From contig JAWBQF010000017.1 in NCBI GenBank assembly GCA_038845975.1, positions 1-59,504 of the forward strand: a stretch of DNA of 59,504 bases, in the 5' to 3' direction. Below the pieces are notes generated by a model. It worked only from the letters and a program-made list of their open reading frames with translations, was not told the origin of the DNA and searched no databases. Origin of the DNA: Candidatus Methanomethylicia archaeon. Lineage in GTDB: Archaea; Thermoproteota; Methanomethylicia; CALHIW01. This document shows positions 30,086 to 40,232 of this stretch, one piece after another; within the stretch, counting starts at the first letter, position 1, and each line of letters begins with the position of its first letter. The translations under genes and the position numbers were made by a program.

Positions 30086-31309
30086 ATGAATGTTGAAATA
30101 CCTTGGAAAACTGATAAGTGGTGGGTTAGTTACTTAAACTTTATTGATGAAATTAGGAGAAATTATAGGTTTCCAGGTTCTGTAAGGATTCATGATGTAA
30201 CGTTGAGGGATGGTGAGCAGCAAGCAGGTATTGTATTTAGGAAGGAGGATAAGGTTAGGATTGCAAGGATGCTTGATGAGGCTGGTATTGATAGAATTGA
30301 GGCTGGTATGCCTGCTGTTTCAAGAGAAGATATGGAGGCGGCTAAGGAGATAGCTCATGAAGGATTAAAGGCTAAGGTTTACTGTTTCACTAGATGTATG
30401 AAGGCTGATGTTGATATAGCGTTGAAATGCGATGTTGAAGGTATTGAGATGGAGATTCCGTCAAGTATTCATCTTATAGAGCATGCTTATAAGTGGCCTT
30501 TAGAGAAGGCATTAGAGCTTCCTATAGAGGCAACTAATTATGCTGCTGAGCATGGCTTAAAAGTTGCTTTCTTCACTATTGATGGTACGAGGGCTGATAT
30601 GGATTGGTGGTTTAGAATAATCAGTAAGGTTGCAACAGAGGGACATATGGATTCTCTTGTTGTAGTTGATACTTTTGGCGTATGTACTCCTGAAGCTATA
30701 AGGTATTATGTAAGAAGGGTTAAGGAGAGGATTCCGGATAAGCCTATAGAAGTACATTGCCATAATGATTTCGGGCTAGCTGTTGCAAATACTCTAGCTG
30801 CTGTTAGTGAAGGAGCTGAGATAGTACATACAACAGTAAACGGCATAGGGGAGAGAATGGGAAATGCGGATCTTGCACAGACAGCTCTAGCTTTAAAAGC
30901 ACTCTACGGCTTAAACCTAAATTTAAAGCTTGAAAAACTCTATGAATTATCTAGACTTGTAGAGGAGCTTTCAGGAGTTAAACAGATCCCTAATGCCCCA
31001 GTAACAGGGGAGAAAGTATACTGGGTAGAGTCGGGAATTGTTGCTTCATGGTGGCTTCAAGTAATGGATAAAGATCCACTTATAATGTTTCCATATAGTT
31101 GGAATCTAATAGGTCAAAAACCACCTGAAATAATTCTAGGGAAGAAAAGTGGGGTAGGAAACATACAGTACATATTAAGTAGAATGGGAATAAACATATC
31201 GGAGGAGAAGGCTGCACAGCTACTAGTAGAAGTTAAGGAATACTCAATTAGAAAGAAGGGACCGTTAACACTTAATGAATTTAACAGTATATTGAAGAAA
31301 TACCTCTAA
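30086..31309 (+). CDS. DRE-TIM metallolyase (isopropylmalate/homocitrate/citramalate synthase family) without regulatory domain
   Basis: [31 protein letters not shown]. Confidence 0.85.
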   Translation: MNVEIPWKTDKWWVSYLNFIDEIRRNYRFPGSVRIHDVTLRDGEQQAGIVFRKEDKVRIARMLDEAGIDRIEAGMPAVSREDMEAAKEIAHEGLKAKVYCFTRCMKADVDIALKCDVEGIEMEIPSSIHLIEHAYKWPLEKALELPIEATNYAAEHGLKVAFFTIDGTRADMDWWFRIISKVATEGHMDSLVVVDTFGVCTPEAIRYYVRRVKERIPDKPIEVHCHNDFGLAVANTLAAVSEGAEIVHTTVNGIGERMGNADLAQTALALKALYGLNLNLKLEKLYELSRLVEELSGVKQIPNAPVTGEKVYWVESGIVASWWLQVMDKDPLIMFPYSWNLIGQKPPEIILGKKSGVGNIQYILSRMGINISEEKAAQLLVEVKEYSIRKKGPLTLNEFNSILKKYL

Positions 31310-31570
31310 TTATACTATGTTAAACCTATTATTTGCATGATAAATAGAATGGTTTAAATATTTCATAATATCTTCAGCAATAAAGAATATTTTCTCTTAA
31401 CAAGCTACTATATTCATAATATAATGTAAGCAAACTTAGATTAATGAAACTATAATTATACATAGTACTTGAAATAGCCTCTTATAGAGAGAGTTAAAGG
31501 TAAGCAAGTAGAGAACTTCTAGTTTGAGAGAACTAAATTCATGGTAAGAGAATAGCCTACATCTCTTAGA

Positions 31571-31630
31571 GGTTTTGTGAACTTAAGCCCTTAACTGTAT
31601 AAATTCTTCATATCTTAAGTTTACAGTTCC
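31571..31630. mobile_element. ~60 bp mini-MITE, copy 3
   Basis: ggttttgtgaactta...taagtttacagttcc; ends resemble the IS6 TIR ggctttgttaactt. Confidence 0.6.
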
Positions 31631-31679
31631 TATGATAAGAGTTTGCATAATTGATATTGAATTATAAAGATGTATAGAG

Positions 31680-32906
31680 TTACTGAATAAATATGTTGTA
31701 GCCAAGCTTCTTAATTTTCTCTTCTATTTTCTCTATTTGATTTGGCTCTTGAATTTCTATAATTAACTGTACTTCAGCTGTTCCAGGTTCTAGATATGGT
31801 TGGAGTCTATTATGTGTTATGTCAACTATGTTTCCACTCTCTTCAGTTATAACTTCTAAAACTGACTTTAATGTTCCTGGAATATCTGGAAGGACGCATT
31901 TAGCTATGATTATCCGCTTCATTCTTGAAAGCCCCTTCATTACTACTCTATATAGGGTTGTTAAGTCAACATTACCTCCACTTATTATTGCAACTACCTT
32001 TCTATCTTTAACATTTATTTTGCCACTTATTAGAGCAGCTACTGATGCAGCTCCAGCTCCTTCAGCTATTGTTTTCGCTCTCTCCATTAAGAGAGTCATG
32101 CTCATTGCTATCTCATCCTCACTAACAGTTACAACATCATCAATAACTTCTGAAGCTATAGTAAATGTTAAGTCTCCGGGCTTTCTAGTAATAAGTCCAT
32201 CAGCTAGGCTTTGCCTAATATCTACCTCTACTATTCCCCCATGTTTAAGAGATTCCCTAAATTTTGGAGCTGCTTCAGCTTCAACACCTATAATTTTAGT
32301 ATTGTTTCTTAAATGTTTAATTATTGATGCAACTCCTGAAGCTAATCCTCCACCACCCATAGGCACTATAACCATGTCAACATCAGGTAAGTCACTAATT
32401 ACTTCAAGACCTACCGTTCCATTACCTGCTATAACATAGAAATCGTTAAATGGATGTATAAATATAGCTCCGGTTTCCTCCCCTATTTTTCTTGCTTTCC
32501 TATATGCATCATCATAAAAGAATCCGTAAAGTATAACTTCAGCACCATAACTTTTAGTTGCAGATATTTTTGATGGTGATGCCTTCTCAGGCATAACAAC
32601 AATAGCTTTAACTCCAGATATCATTGCTGCGTACGCTACACCTTGAGCATGATTACCAGCAGAAGCAGTTACAACTCCCCTACGCTTCTCCTCAGAGCTA
32701 AGTTTAGATATCTTATAGTATGCTCCACGAACCTTAAACGAGCCTGTTTTCTGCAAATTCTCAAGCTTAAGATAAACATTACCACCAGTCATTCTACTTA
32801 ATGTATTGGAGTGATCTAGAGGCGTTCTATGTACAACACCCTGAAGAATAAATGTAGCTTTCCTAACCTCCTCAGCTACACTTCTCCACACAAGTAGATT
32901 TAACAT
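31680..32906 (-). CDS. ilvA: Threonine ammonia-lyase (PLP) with C-terminal ACT domain
   Basis: KLENLQKTGSFKVRGA, SAGNHAQG, PMGGGGL, ISGGNVD; ACT-like PDIPGTL. Confidence 0.92.
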   Translation of the reverse strand: MLNLLVWRSVAEEVRKATFILQGVVHRTPLDHSNTLSRMTGGNVYLKLENLQKTGSFKVRGAYYKISKLSSEEKRRGVVTASAGNHAQGVAYAAMISGVKAIVVMPEKASPSKISATKSYGAEVILYGFFYDDAYRKARKIGEETGAIFIHPFNDFYVIAGNGTVGLEVISDLPDVDMVIVPMGGGGLASGVASIIKHLRNNTKIIGVEAEAAPKFRESLKHGGIVEVDIRQSLADGLITRKPGDLTFTIASEVIDDVVTVSEDEIAMSMTLLMERAKTIAEGAGAASVAALISGKINVKDRKVVAIISGGNVDLTTLYRVVMKGLSRMKRIIIAKCVLPDIPGTLKSVLEVITEESGNIVDITHNRLQPYLEPGTAEVQLIIEIQEPNQIEKIEEKIKKLGYNIFIQ

Positions 32907-33059
32907 ATAAGTATTTAAATATATTTAAGCAAAAATGTAGCTGAAGAATGTCCTAAGGGGTTTTTAGAAGGTGATTCTAGATTTGATGGTTTATCATTAA
33001 TTACTCTATTGGTTATGAAGATTATGTTTGTATATTATTTAGGTTGATTAATTATATGG

Positions 33060-33405
33060 TTATGTTTGAGGGAAAGAGTGAAAGTAGTGTTTAATGGTAT
33101 AGTATTAAATGTTATTATTGATTATCTAACTGCTATGTTATGCTTCTAAAGCTAATAGGCTAAGACATTATCAAGTCAATAAATGTAAGATATTGAGAGA
33201 ATCGATGAAGATTTAAAGGCTTCATTAGAAACATTATCAATATATAAAGTAGATACGGAAAGCCATTAGAAATGCTGGAAGGCTAATATAGTATACTACA
33301 ACTGATAAAAACATACATCGCTAACAATCAAACACGTAGAAAATGAATGGAATGAAATCTAACGAGAGAAATGATGAAAATAATGTAAACTTCTAAAGTT
33401 AAAAA
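33060..33405 (+). mobile_element. Decayed IS6-family remnant, right half (boundaries approximate)
   Basis: Colinear similarity to 28900-29206 (tatagtattaaatgttatta, agacattatcaagtc, acgagagaaatgat). Confidence 0.5.
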
Positions 33406-33408
33406 AAA

Positions 33409-34899
33409 TTAGAATATTTTTATTCCGAATCCATAGTAGGCTATTATTGCTATTAGGAAGAATGCGTGTGTTGCCATTAATATTATGTTGTTTATATGCA
33501 TCCATATTGGTGCTCTAAGTTCTTTAGGCATAATCTTCCTATCTATGTATATAAGTGCTGGAATAACCCATATACCGATGAAGTGACATATATTAGCGTT
33601 TATTAGTAGGAGCATTAGTGGGAAAGATATCCATAAAGCAGCACATCCAAATATCGCATATAATACTAGAACTGGATAGTAGAATTTCCTCGGATCTCCC
33701 TTAGCCCATTCTGAAATCTTCTTAGTTACACCCCATCCACAATCCACAAGATTCCTAACAACTCTATCTACAACTCCCATCTGTGTAGAGAATAAGATTG
33801 CAAATCCTATAAGGCATATATAGTAGAATCCCCATGGACCAACCTTAGCTGCAAACTCATTAGCCATATGTCCAGCAATACCCCATGCAGGAAGCGTTGT
33901 ACCTAAAGGTACAACTGATCTGACACATAGAGCTGGTAAACACATTCCAAACATTGCACCAACAAAGAATATACCCCACTGATCCATAAACACTACTCTC
34001 TCCCACCTCTTAAAGACTTCAAGATTCTCCTTCGTTAGCTTAAATATACTACCTAGTGGACTTAAAGCAACCTTCTTACCACCAATAACTGCTGGAATAT
34101 ATCCCACAATACTGCCCATACCGTAACCCTTATCTCTATAGTAATTCATACCGTCAAAGTTTGCTGCTGCAGCATCACCAATATAAGCCCACCATCCACC
34201 TATAAGAAGAACATCAAGCCCAGCAACAGTAGCACCAACACTAACAAATCCTCTAGCAGCCTCAGATAAAGCTTCTCCAGTAACTGTAAGTGGGGCTACA
34301 ATGAAAATTAGGGAGAACAATATAAATATTATTAATGCCTTCATAACAGTTTCTAATGTTGACTCAATCTTAGCTCCAAATAACGTTATTAATATACATA
34401 TGAGGAATAGTCCTACAGCAACCCATCGAATAAATTCAGCCTCAGCAGCTCCAGGAATTTTACCAAGCATTATTGCTACAAGACCAGTAGCAGCTGCAGA
34501 AGCCCATCCAGGTATAAACATTCTCAGAAATACATTTAAAGGCGTAAACCAACCCCAAAACTTAGGTCCTGGAGGTATTCTATTCAGTAAAACTATTGGC
34601 GGCTCACCTGTAGCTACGGAAAGCCTAGCCCATGAAATATTATATATTGTCTGTAGTACACATCCAATCCAAACCATCCAGAAAAGCATTAAGCCATACG
34701 TAGCTGCAACACTAGGCCCCATAAGCCACTCTCCACTACCAATAGCCATCCCTAATGGTATAGCTGCCGGACCGAGAACCTTAGTAAGCAGTGATTTAGC
34801 ATCCAGCCTAGATACTTTAAAAACCTCTTCAGGAGTTGGAAGTCTATCAGCAATATGTATTGGTCTAACTCCAAGCATCCCCTGTTCAGGAGAAGTCAT
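33409..34899 (-). CDS. Nramp-like / APC-superfamily transporter, paralog 1
   Basis: About 11 TM segments; LGP...AIGSGEWL and YRDKGYGM motifs; GGAG RBS supports the ATG at 34899. Confidence 0.82.
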   Translation of the reverse strand: MTSPEQGMLGVRPIHIADRLPTPEEVFKVSRLDAKSLLTKVLGPAAIPLGMAIGSGEWLMGPSVAATYGLMLFWMVWIGCVLQTIYNISWARLSVATGEPPIVLLNRIPPGPKFWGWFTPLNVFLRMFIPGWASAAATGLVAIMLGKIPGAAEAEFIRWVAVGLFLICILITLFGAKIESTLETVMKALIIFILFSLIFIVAPLTVTGEALSEAARGFVSVGATVAGLDVLLIGGWWAYIGDAAAANFDGMNYYRDKGYGMGSIVGYIPAVIGGKKVALSPLGSIFKLTKENLEVFKRWERVVFMDQWGIFFVGAMFGMCLPALCVRSVVPLGTTLPAWGIAGHMANEFAAKVGPWGFYYICLIGFAILFSTQMGVVDRVVRNLVDCGWGVTKKISEWAKGDPRKFYYPVLVLYAIFGCAALWISFPLMLLLINANICHFIGIWVIPALIYIDRKIMPKELRAPIWMHINNIILMATHAFFLIAIIAYYGFGIKIF

Positions 34900-35361
34900 A
34901 ACAACTCCCAAAATATATTAGATTCCTGCTTATAAATCTAACGTCTAAAAGTAATAACATGAAACTTAGAGATATACGTTAATAATTCAGCAAGTAATAG
35001 ATAACCTAGTTATATTTAATAATATATAAAATTCTTTTTTAATATATACTAATATTTACCAATATCAAGTTTAACGGTGTCTAAAGACATACTTTTAATA
35101 AGTTACATTAAAGATTAAGCATAATTTTACTTTTCAGCCTCATACTTATTTATTATCTCCATAGCTATTATAGAGTACACTTAGGGAACTAAGATGAACT
35201 GAAAGAATATTGGAGGACTAGCAGGCTAATTAGCTACTTTGATTCTGTTAAGTTTAACATAGGTTAAGAGTAATTATTGCTTTTACATAGTGATTTAACC
35301 ATCAGTTTTGAAATGAACATTCTAAACCTACATGATTGTTAACATGTAAAGCTACATAATT

Positions 35362-35618
35362 TCAAGGATTTATATCTTTTCCTTTACAGAATTCCAGGAG
35401 TTTTTTACTGAGGTTTAAGTATTGCTATTAATTCTTCTAGATTGTCGAAAATCAATTCAGCCTTTACATCTACATACATATGAACTATTATATTTCCTTA
35501 AACTATTTCTATTAGCTTGGTCTTTAGGCTTTCATCTATTATCTTAATATTGCATATTCCTCAAAATTTCAATTCCTTTATTAAATCTTTCCAGCTTCTT
35601 TAATATGTTAGGTTTCAT
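35362..35618 (-). pseudogene. Decayed HepT/DUF86 (HEPN) toxin gene
   Basis: Fragments MKPNILKKLERFNKGIEILR, IIDESLKTKLIEIV*GNIIVHMYVDVKAELIFDNLEELIAILK and LSKKLLEFCKGKDINP*, resembling the HEPN R-N-x-x-V-H-x-Y region. Confidence 0.65.
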
Positions 35619-35785
35619 TTCATCATTTTCTTAATTTCTCTTTCTTCAAAAGCTTTAGAGAAATGAATCAGTCATCATACAACTTAATAACTTTAAATTT
35701 ATTCCTAAAAGTCCCCCCGCAAAATATTACTTTATCTCCTTGTTAAAACATCATATTTCAAGCTAAAGGAAAAATTAAGCATTTA
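35615..35785 (-). pseudogene. Probable decayed MntA nucleotidyltransferase antitoxin, 3' part
   Basis: Fragments LKYDVL, KVIFC, KVIKLYDD and HFSKAFEEREIKKMMK*; the stop overlaps the HepT ATG (ATGA). Confidence 0.45.
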
Positions 35786-35916
35786 ATAGTATTTAGTAGG
35801 CGGTTATGATCTTTTAATGTAAGGAAATTCTTCATAGATCAAAACGGTAATTATAATGTAGAGATGGAAACACATTTAGTTAGGCTTCTAAAAAATGATA
35901 AAATATCATCTATTAA

Positions 35917-35930
35917 CGAAAAATTTATTA
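35917..35930 (+). promoter_or_regulatory. BRE/TATA promoter
   Basis: CGAAAAA-TTTATTA ending 23 bp before the ATG at 35954. Confidence 0.55.
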
Positions 35931-35953
35931 GATTGCCCTAATTAATACTTGAC

Positions 35954-36427
35954 ATGACTTCAGTAGATGTTGTTAATGAAGCTGAAAGAAGAGCTTATAC
36001 CTATCTTTCAACTCGCAAAACTCTCTCCTGTGCTCAGACTGTGTTGCTAACTATTCAGGAGATTTTTGGTGTTAGAGATGATTTAATGGTTAAAGCTGTT
36101 GGACCATTGGCTGGGGGGAGTAGAATATATTCTCTATGTGGTGCTCTTATAGGTGGTGCTATAGCTTTAGGTATGTTTTTTGGATCTGAAAAGCTTAATG
36201 ATTTTGACGCTTTAGTAAAGTCCTACGAACCTATTAAGGAGTACTATAGAAGATTTGAAAGAGAGTTTGGAAGTAGATACTGTATCGCTATTATCGGCTA
36301 TGATCTTAACAACCCTAATGAGAGACAGCAATGGCTTGACTCTGGTGGATGGGAAAAATGCTCAAGACTCTGCGGTAAAGCCGCCAGGATGGTTGCTGAA
36401 ATAATTACAAGTAGAAAACAGGTTTAA
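35954..36427 (+). CDS. C_GCAxxG_C_C family putative redox protein
   Basis: SCAQTV, LCGALIGG, FGSRYC and C-terminal KCSRLC. Confidence 0.85.
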   Translation: MTSVDVVNEAERRAYTYLSTRKTLSCAQTVLLTIQEIFGVRDDLMVKAVGPLAGGSRIYSLCGALIGGAIALGMFFGSEKLNDFDALVKSYEPIKEYYRRFEREFGSRYCIAIIGYDLNNPNERQQWLDSGGWEKCSRLCGKAARMVAEIITSRKQV

Positions 36428-36756
36428 ACAATCATCAACTAATCTACTTTCTATAATTATATTGAAATTATAGTTTCTTGTAAATGTAGTGTTGTAAAGA
36501 TAATGAGAAGTTTACTTAAATATTATCTTACTTAACTAATAGTAATGTTTACAGCTTAATTCTGAATTTATAAATTTAGCTTCACACATTGTTACTATGA
36601 AGATGTTGTAAAGTGATAAATATAAAGATGGCTAGACTATTTTATTGATTGAGGAGACTTAGAAATTGCTATAAATCCCTTTTAGGAATGTTAGCCATTA
36701 AATATCACGTAGCCATGATGTAGCAACGTATTAATTAGGAGCTATATAAAAATGGT

Positions 36757-38247
36757 TTAGAATATTTTGATTCCGAATACTTGTCCTAATATCATTGCTG
36801 TGAAGAAGAATATACAGCTAAACCAGAATATTACTAGGATTACGTACTCCCATGCACCAGGTCTTAACTCTTTAGGAAGCTGTCTATTCATATACATTGT
36901 TAATGGTACTGAGAATACTCCGCCAAGATTAGCTGCATTAGCTCCTAGTAGGAGTAGAATTAATGGTTGCTCCAGCCAGAATGCTATACTAGCCCATATA
37001 ATATATACAACGAATAATGAGTAGTAGAGTATTCTTATATCCCCCTTAGCAATTTTTCTAGCCTTTTCACTAACACTCCATATTAGATCTACAGTATTCC
37101 TCATTAATACATCTACTACTTGAAGCTGTGTTGAGAATAATATTAGAAATCCTATAAGGCATATATAATAGAATCCCCATGGGCCAACCTTAGCTGCAAA
37201 CTGTTCAGCTATATGCGCAGCTATACCCCATGCAGGAAGCTTTGTACCTACCGGTACTAACGATCTAACTATAAGGCTTGGGAGAAACATTCCAATCATT
37301 CCACCTACAAAGAATATACCCCACTGATCATAGTGTAGGATCCTCATCCACCTTTTCCATGTTGCTAGATTTTCAGGTGTTATCCTAAATGTTTTACCAA
37401 CTGGTGAGACCGGTGTTTTCTTACCACCAATAACTGCAGGTATGTAGCCAACTAAATGAGACATTCCATAACCCTTATCCCTATAGAAGTTACTCATAAC
37501 AAAGTTGTTACCTGTAGCGTAGGCTATGTATGCCCACCATCCAGCTAGAAGGAATATATCAACACCCTTAGGTATATAGCCGAAGCTAACAATACCCCGC
37601 GCCATCTCACTTAATGCCTCTCCAGTTACTGAGAGCGGAGCAATAATAAATAGTAATGATACAAACACAAATATCATCATTGCCCACATTACGATTTCTA
37701 GTGTCCTCTCAATTTTATATCCAACTAGACATATAATTAAACACAGAATGAATAAAGCAGTGCCAAGAAGTCTTACAAATACAGCATCTGCTGCACCAGG
37801 TATACGTCCGAGTATAATAGATCCAAGACCTGTCGCAGCGGCTGAGGCCCATCCAGGCCATACTAGCTGACCCCAAACCACTATCAATAAAATCCATACC
37901 CAAAGAATTGGACCAGGTTTAGCTCTTGTAAAGTATACAATTGCAGGCTCTCCAGTAGCTAATGTAACTCTACAGAAGCTCACATTAAAAACTGTCTGTA
38001 GAATACATCCAGGAATAACAAGCCAGAATAGGAATAATCCATACAGAGCTGCAACACTAGGCCCCATAAGCCACTCTCCACTACCAATAGCTGCACCTAA
38101 CGCTATCATAGCTGGACCTAGAACCTTTGTTATTAGATTTCCTGTTGTAAGCTTAGGTATTCCAAAAACCTCTTCAGGAGTTGGAAGCTTATCAACAACC
38201 TCAAGCGGTGGCCTTACACCAAGATAAAATAATTTCTCGTCAGACAT
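36757..38247 (-). CDS. Nramp-like / APC-superfamily transporter, paralog 2
   Basis: Same motifs as paralog 1 (AIGSGEWLMGP, FYRDKGYGM, LFSTQ). Confidence 0.82.
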   Translation of the reverse strand: MSDEKLFYLGVRPPLEVVDKLPTPEEVFGIPKLTTGNLITKVLGPAMIALGAAIGSGEWLMGPSVAALYGLFLFWLVIPGCILQTVFNVSFCRVTLATGEPAIVYFTRAKPGPILWVWILLIVVWGQLVWPGWASAAATGLGSIILGRIPGAADAVFVRLLGTALFILCLIICLVGYKIERTLEIVMWAMMIFVFVSLLFIIAPLSVTGEALSEMARGIVSFGYIPKGVDIFLLAGWWAYIAYATGNNFVMSNFYRDKGYGMSHLVGYIPAVIGGKKTPVSPVGKTFRITPENLATWKRWMRILHYDQWGIFFVGGMIGMFLPSLIVRSLVPVGTKLPAWGIAAHIAEQFAAKVGPWGFYYICLIGFLILFSTQLQVVDVLMRNTVDLIWSVSEKARKIAKGDIRILYYSLFVVYIIWASIAFWLEQPLILLLLGANAANLGGVFSVPLTMYMNRQLPKELRPGAWEYVILVIFWFSCIFFFTAMILGQVFGIKIF

Positions 38248-38254
38248 AAACTCA

Positions 38255-38288
38255 TCAGCCCAAGAGACATTGGGCTGAGATATATAAA
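38255..38288 (-). promoter_or_regulatory. TATA box plus a 9 bp inverted repeat (candidate operator) upstream of transporter 2
   Basis: TCAGCCCAA-N6-TTGGGCTGA at 38255-38278, between TTTATATA (38281-38288, minus strand) and the ATG at 38247. Confidence 0.55.
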
Positions 38289-38405
38289 CTCTTTGAATAT
38301 ATAATATTTAAAAACATCATAGAAATATAAACTTACTGATTATAAGTATTTACAATATATATTAAGCTATAATAAATCTGCTTCTAAGCTACAAATTCTA
38401 AAACT

Positions 38406-38690
38406 TGTAGGATTCTTAAGAGGCATGATGTTAAAACGTTAATTAAGCCTAGCATAAATGCTGGCAGGATAAAGGGTCTTCCGATATGTATAGGACGATA
38501 AAGCTATTTGGGGTTTAGGAGTAAAAGCATGATCTAAGTTAATGCATTACGATAAGCATTAGAGTGTTGAGACGGTATTCTCAACGTTTAAGAGAATATT
38601 CATAAGTTATTGTATGGCTAAAAAATCATCGAACATGGTGAAGAAGAGTAGTGGAGACGTACATTTACAGTATAGTAATAAACATATGAA
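38406..38690 (+). mobile_element. IS5-family transposase C-terminal remnant
   Basis: RILKRHDVKTLIKPSINA and HYDKH*SVETVFSTFKRIF fit the Y-x2-R-x3-E-x6-K (YREK) region, now degraded and with an in-frame stop. Confidence 0.65.
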
Positions 38691-38791
38691 TACTAATACT
38701 TATAAAGATGCAAAGAAGGGATGTATAGCAATAATTATGCCACAAAGCAAAATCTATCAGGCCTGAAGGATCGGACTTGACAACTTAAAAT

Positions 38792-38899
38792 TGAACTCGC
38801 CTAAAAATTATTTAAATCTTGTTGATTATAGGTTCTATCGTGGAGTTTAGAGAGTTAGGTAATGGTATATGGGAATTCATCAAACCATTTCTTCCACCT
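38792..38899 (+). mobile_element. Left end and N-terminal fragment of an IS5 (IS427-like) element
   Basis: End sequence tgaactcgcctaaaaat, then GTG 38840 gives VEFRELGNGIWEFIKPFLPP (the W-x2-I-x-P-x-L-P pattern of DUF4096-type N-termini). Confidence 0.55.
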
Positions 38900-39098
38900 A
38901 TGAATTTTAATATTTGATATATAGGCCTAACAATAATAAATCAATCATGTCACATCAATAAGCATAATGAATAAGGAAATCTTAAAGCTTAAGTTGCCAG
39001 ATCCGAAGGATCATAGATAAAATTGAAGTAAACTACTGATTTTAAATGGAGATTAAGGTTCTAGAAGCTATGTGCTTAACTCTTAGCTAGTTGTATGT

Positions 39099-40232
39099 TT
39101 ACTCTATACTTATAGGATATACTCCATACTTGATTGCATACTTATACATTATGTATATTTTTTCAGGGGCAGTATCTGGTTGTAGATTATGTGCTGGGGC
39201 TAGTATATATCCTCCTCCAGGAGCTAAATCTCTAATCCTACTTTTAACTTCTTCCTTAACATCTTTAGTACTTCCTCTAAACGACATAACTTTTTGTAGA
39301 TCTATTCCTCCATGGAAGCATATCTTATCGCCATATTCTATTTTTAGCTCCCTTGAATTCATTCCACGAGCTAATGGCTGTATTGGGTTTAATATGTCTA
39401 TGCCTATCTCAATAAGATCAGGTATTATAGGTCTTAAAGCTCCACAGCTATGATGGAATACTTTAACATTTGGAGCTTTACTTTTTATGAAGCTAACTAT
39501 CTTAGCATATCTAGGCTTTATTATTTTTCTCCATGTATTTGGCGACATTAGCATTCCATGTTGGTGAGCTACATCACATGCAGGAGCATATATTACATGA
39601 ATATAGTCTTTCACTTCATCAAGGAATATATCGTAGAATCCAATTATTATACTGCATACCTTATCTAGGTATACCTCAATAAGTTTAGGGTTTGTAACTA
39701 GATATTTTAGGAAGTTTTTAAATCCTAGTAGGCTTAATGCTGGATCTAAATCCATAGATGGAGGTGTTGGAAAACCCATTACTGCGTAATCTGTTTCTTC
39801 ACATAGCTTCTTAGCTGTCTTCATAACATTATCTGTTCTTCCCTCTGCATATGGGTTTGGCCAACTATATTCTTCAAGCTCCTCAACTTCAGATATGTTT
39901 TCGAGAGGTGGCTTAATGTATTCTAGATATTCTCCAATCCATTTAAATCCTCTACCCCATTCATCCTCAATAGTTCCATCAGGATATTTCTTCGGGATCC
40001 AATTCCTAGGACGTTTTAAATATACTCTTCTAAAATCTATGTTTAAAGCTTTTAATACTTTATCTGAGATTTTTAATGGTTCAGCCCATGACCAGTTAAT
40101 ATTATCCTCTTCGCTTACTTTAAGGTATTCTTTAAGCTTTATATATGCTGATGGTGTTGTCCAGAAGTCTAATGGTACTCTATCAGGCTCCCTATGTTCA
40201 ATAGCTAGTAATACTCTTTCTCTAGGCTTCAT
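39099..40232 (-). CDS. Uroporphyrinogen decarboxylase/MtaA-superfamily protein (putative cobamide methyltransferase)
   Basis: PRERVL...EPDRVPLD, DEWG, HHSCG, LNPIQ, FHGGID, GGGYILAPAHNLQ. Confidence 0.82.
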   Translation of the reverse strand: MKPRERVLLAIEHREPDRVPLDFWTTPSAYIKLKEYLKVSEEDNINWSWAEPLKISDKVLKALNIDFRRVYLKRPRNWIPKKYPDGTIEDEWGRGFKWIGEYLEYIKPPLENISEVEELEEYSWPNPYAEGRTDNVMKTAKKLCEETDYAVMGFPTPPSMDLDPALSLLGFKNFLKYLVTNPKLIEVYLDKVCSIIIGFYDIFLDEVKDYIHVIYAPACDVAHQHGMLMSPNTWRKIIKPRYAKIVSFIKSKAPNVKVFHHSCGALRPIIPDLIEIGIDILNPIQPLARGMNSRELKIEYGDKICFHGGIDLQKVMSFRGSTKDVKEEVKSRIRDLAPGGGYILAPAHNLQPDTAPEKIYIMYKYAIKYGVYPISIE

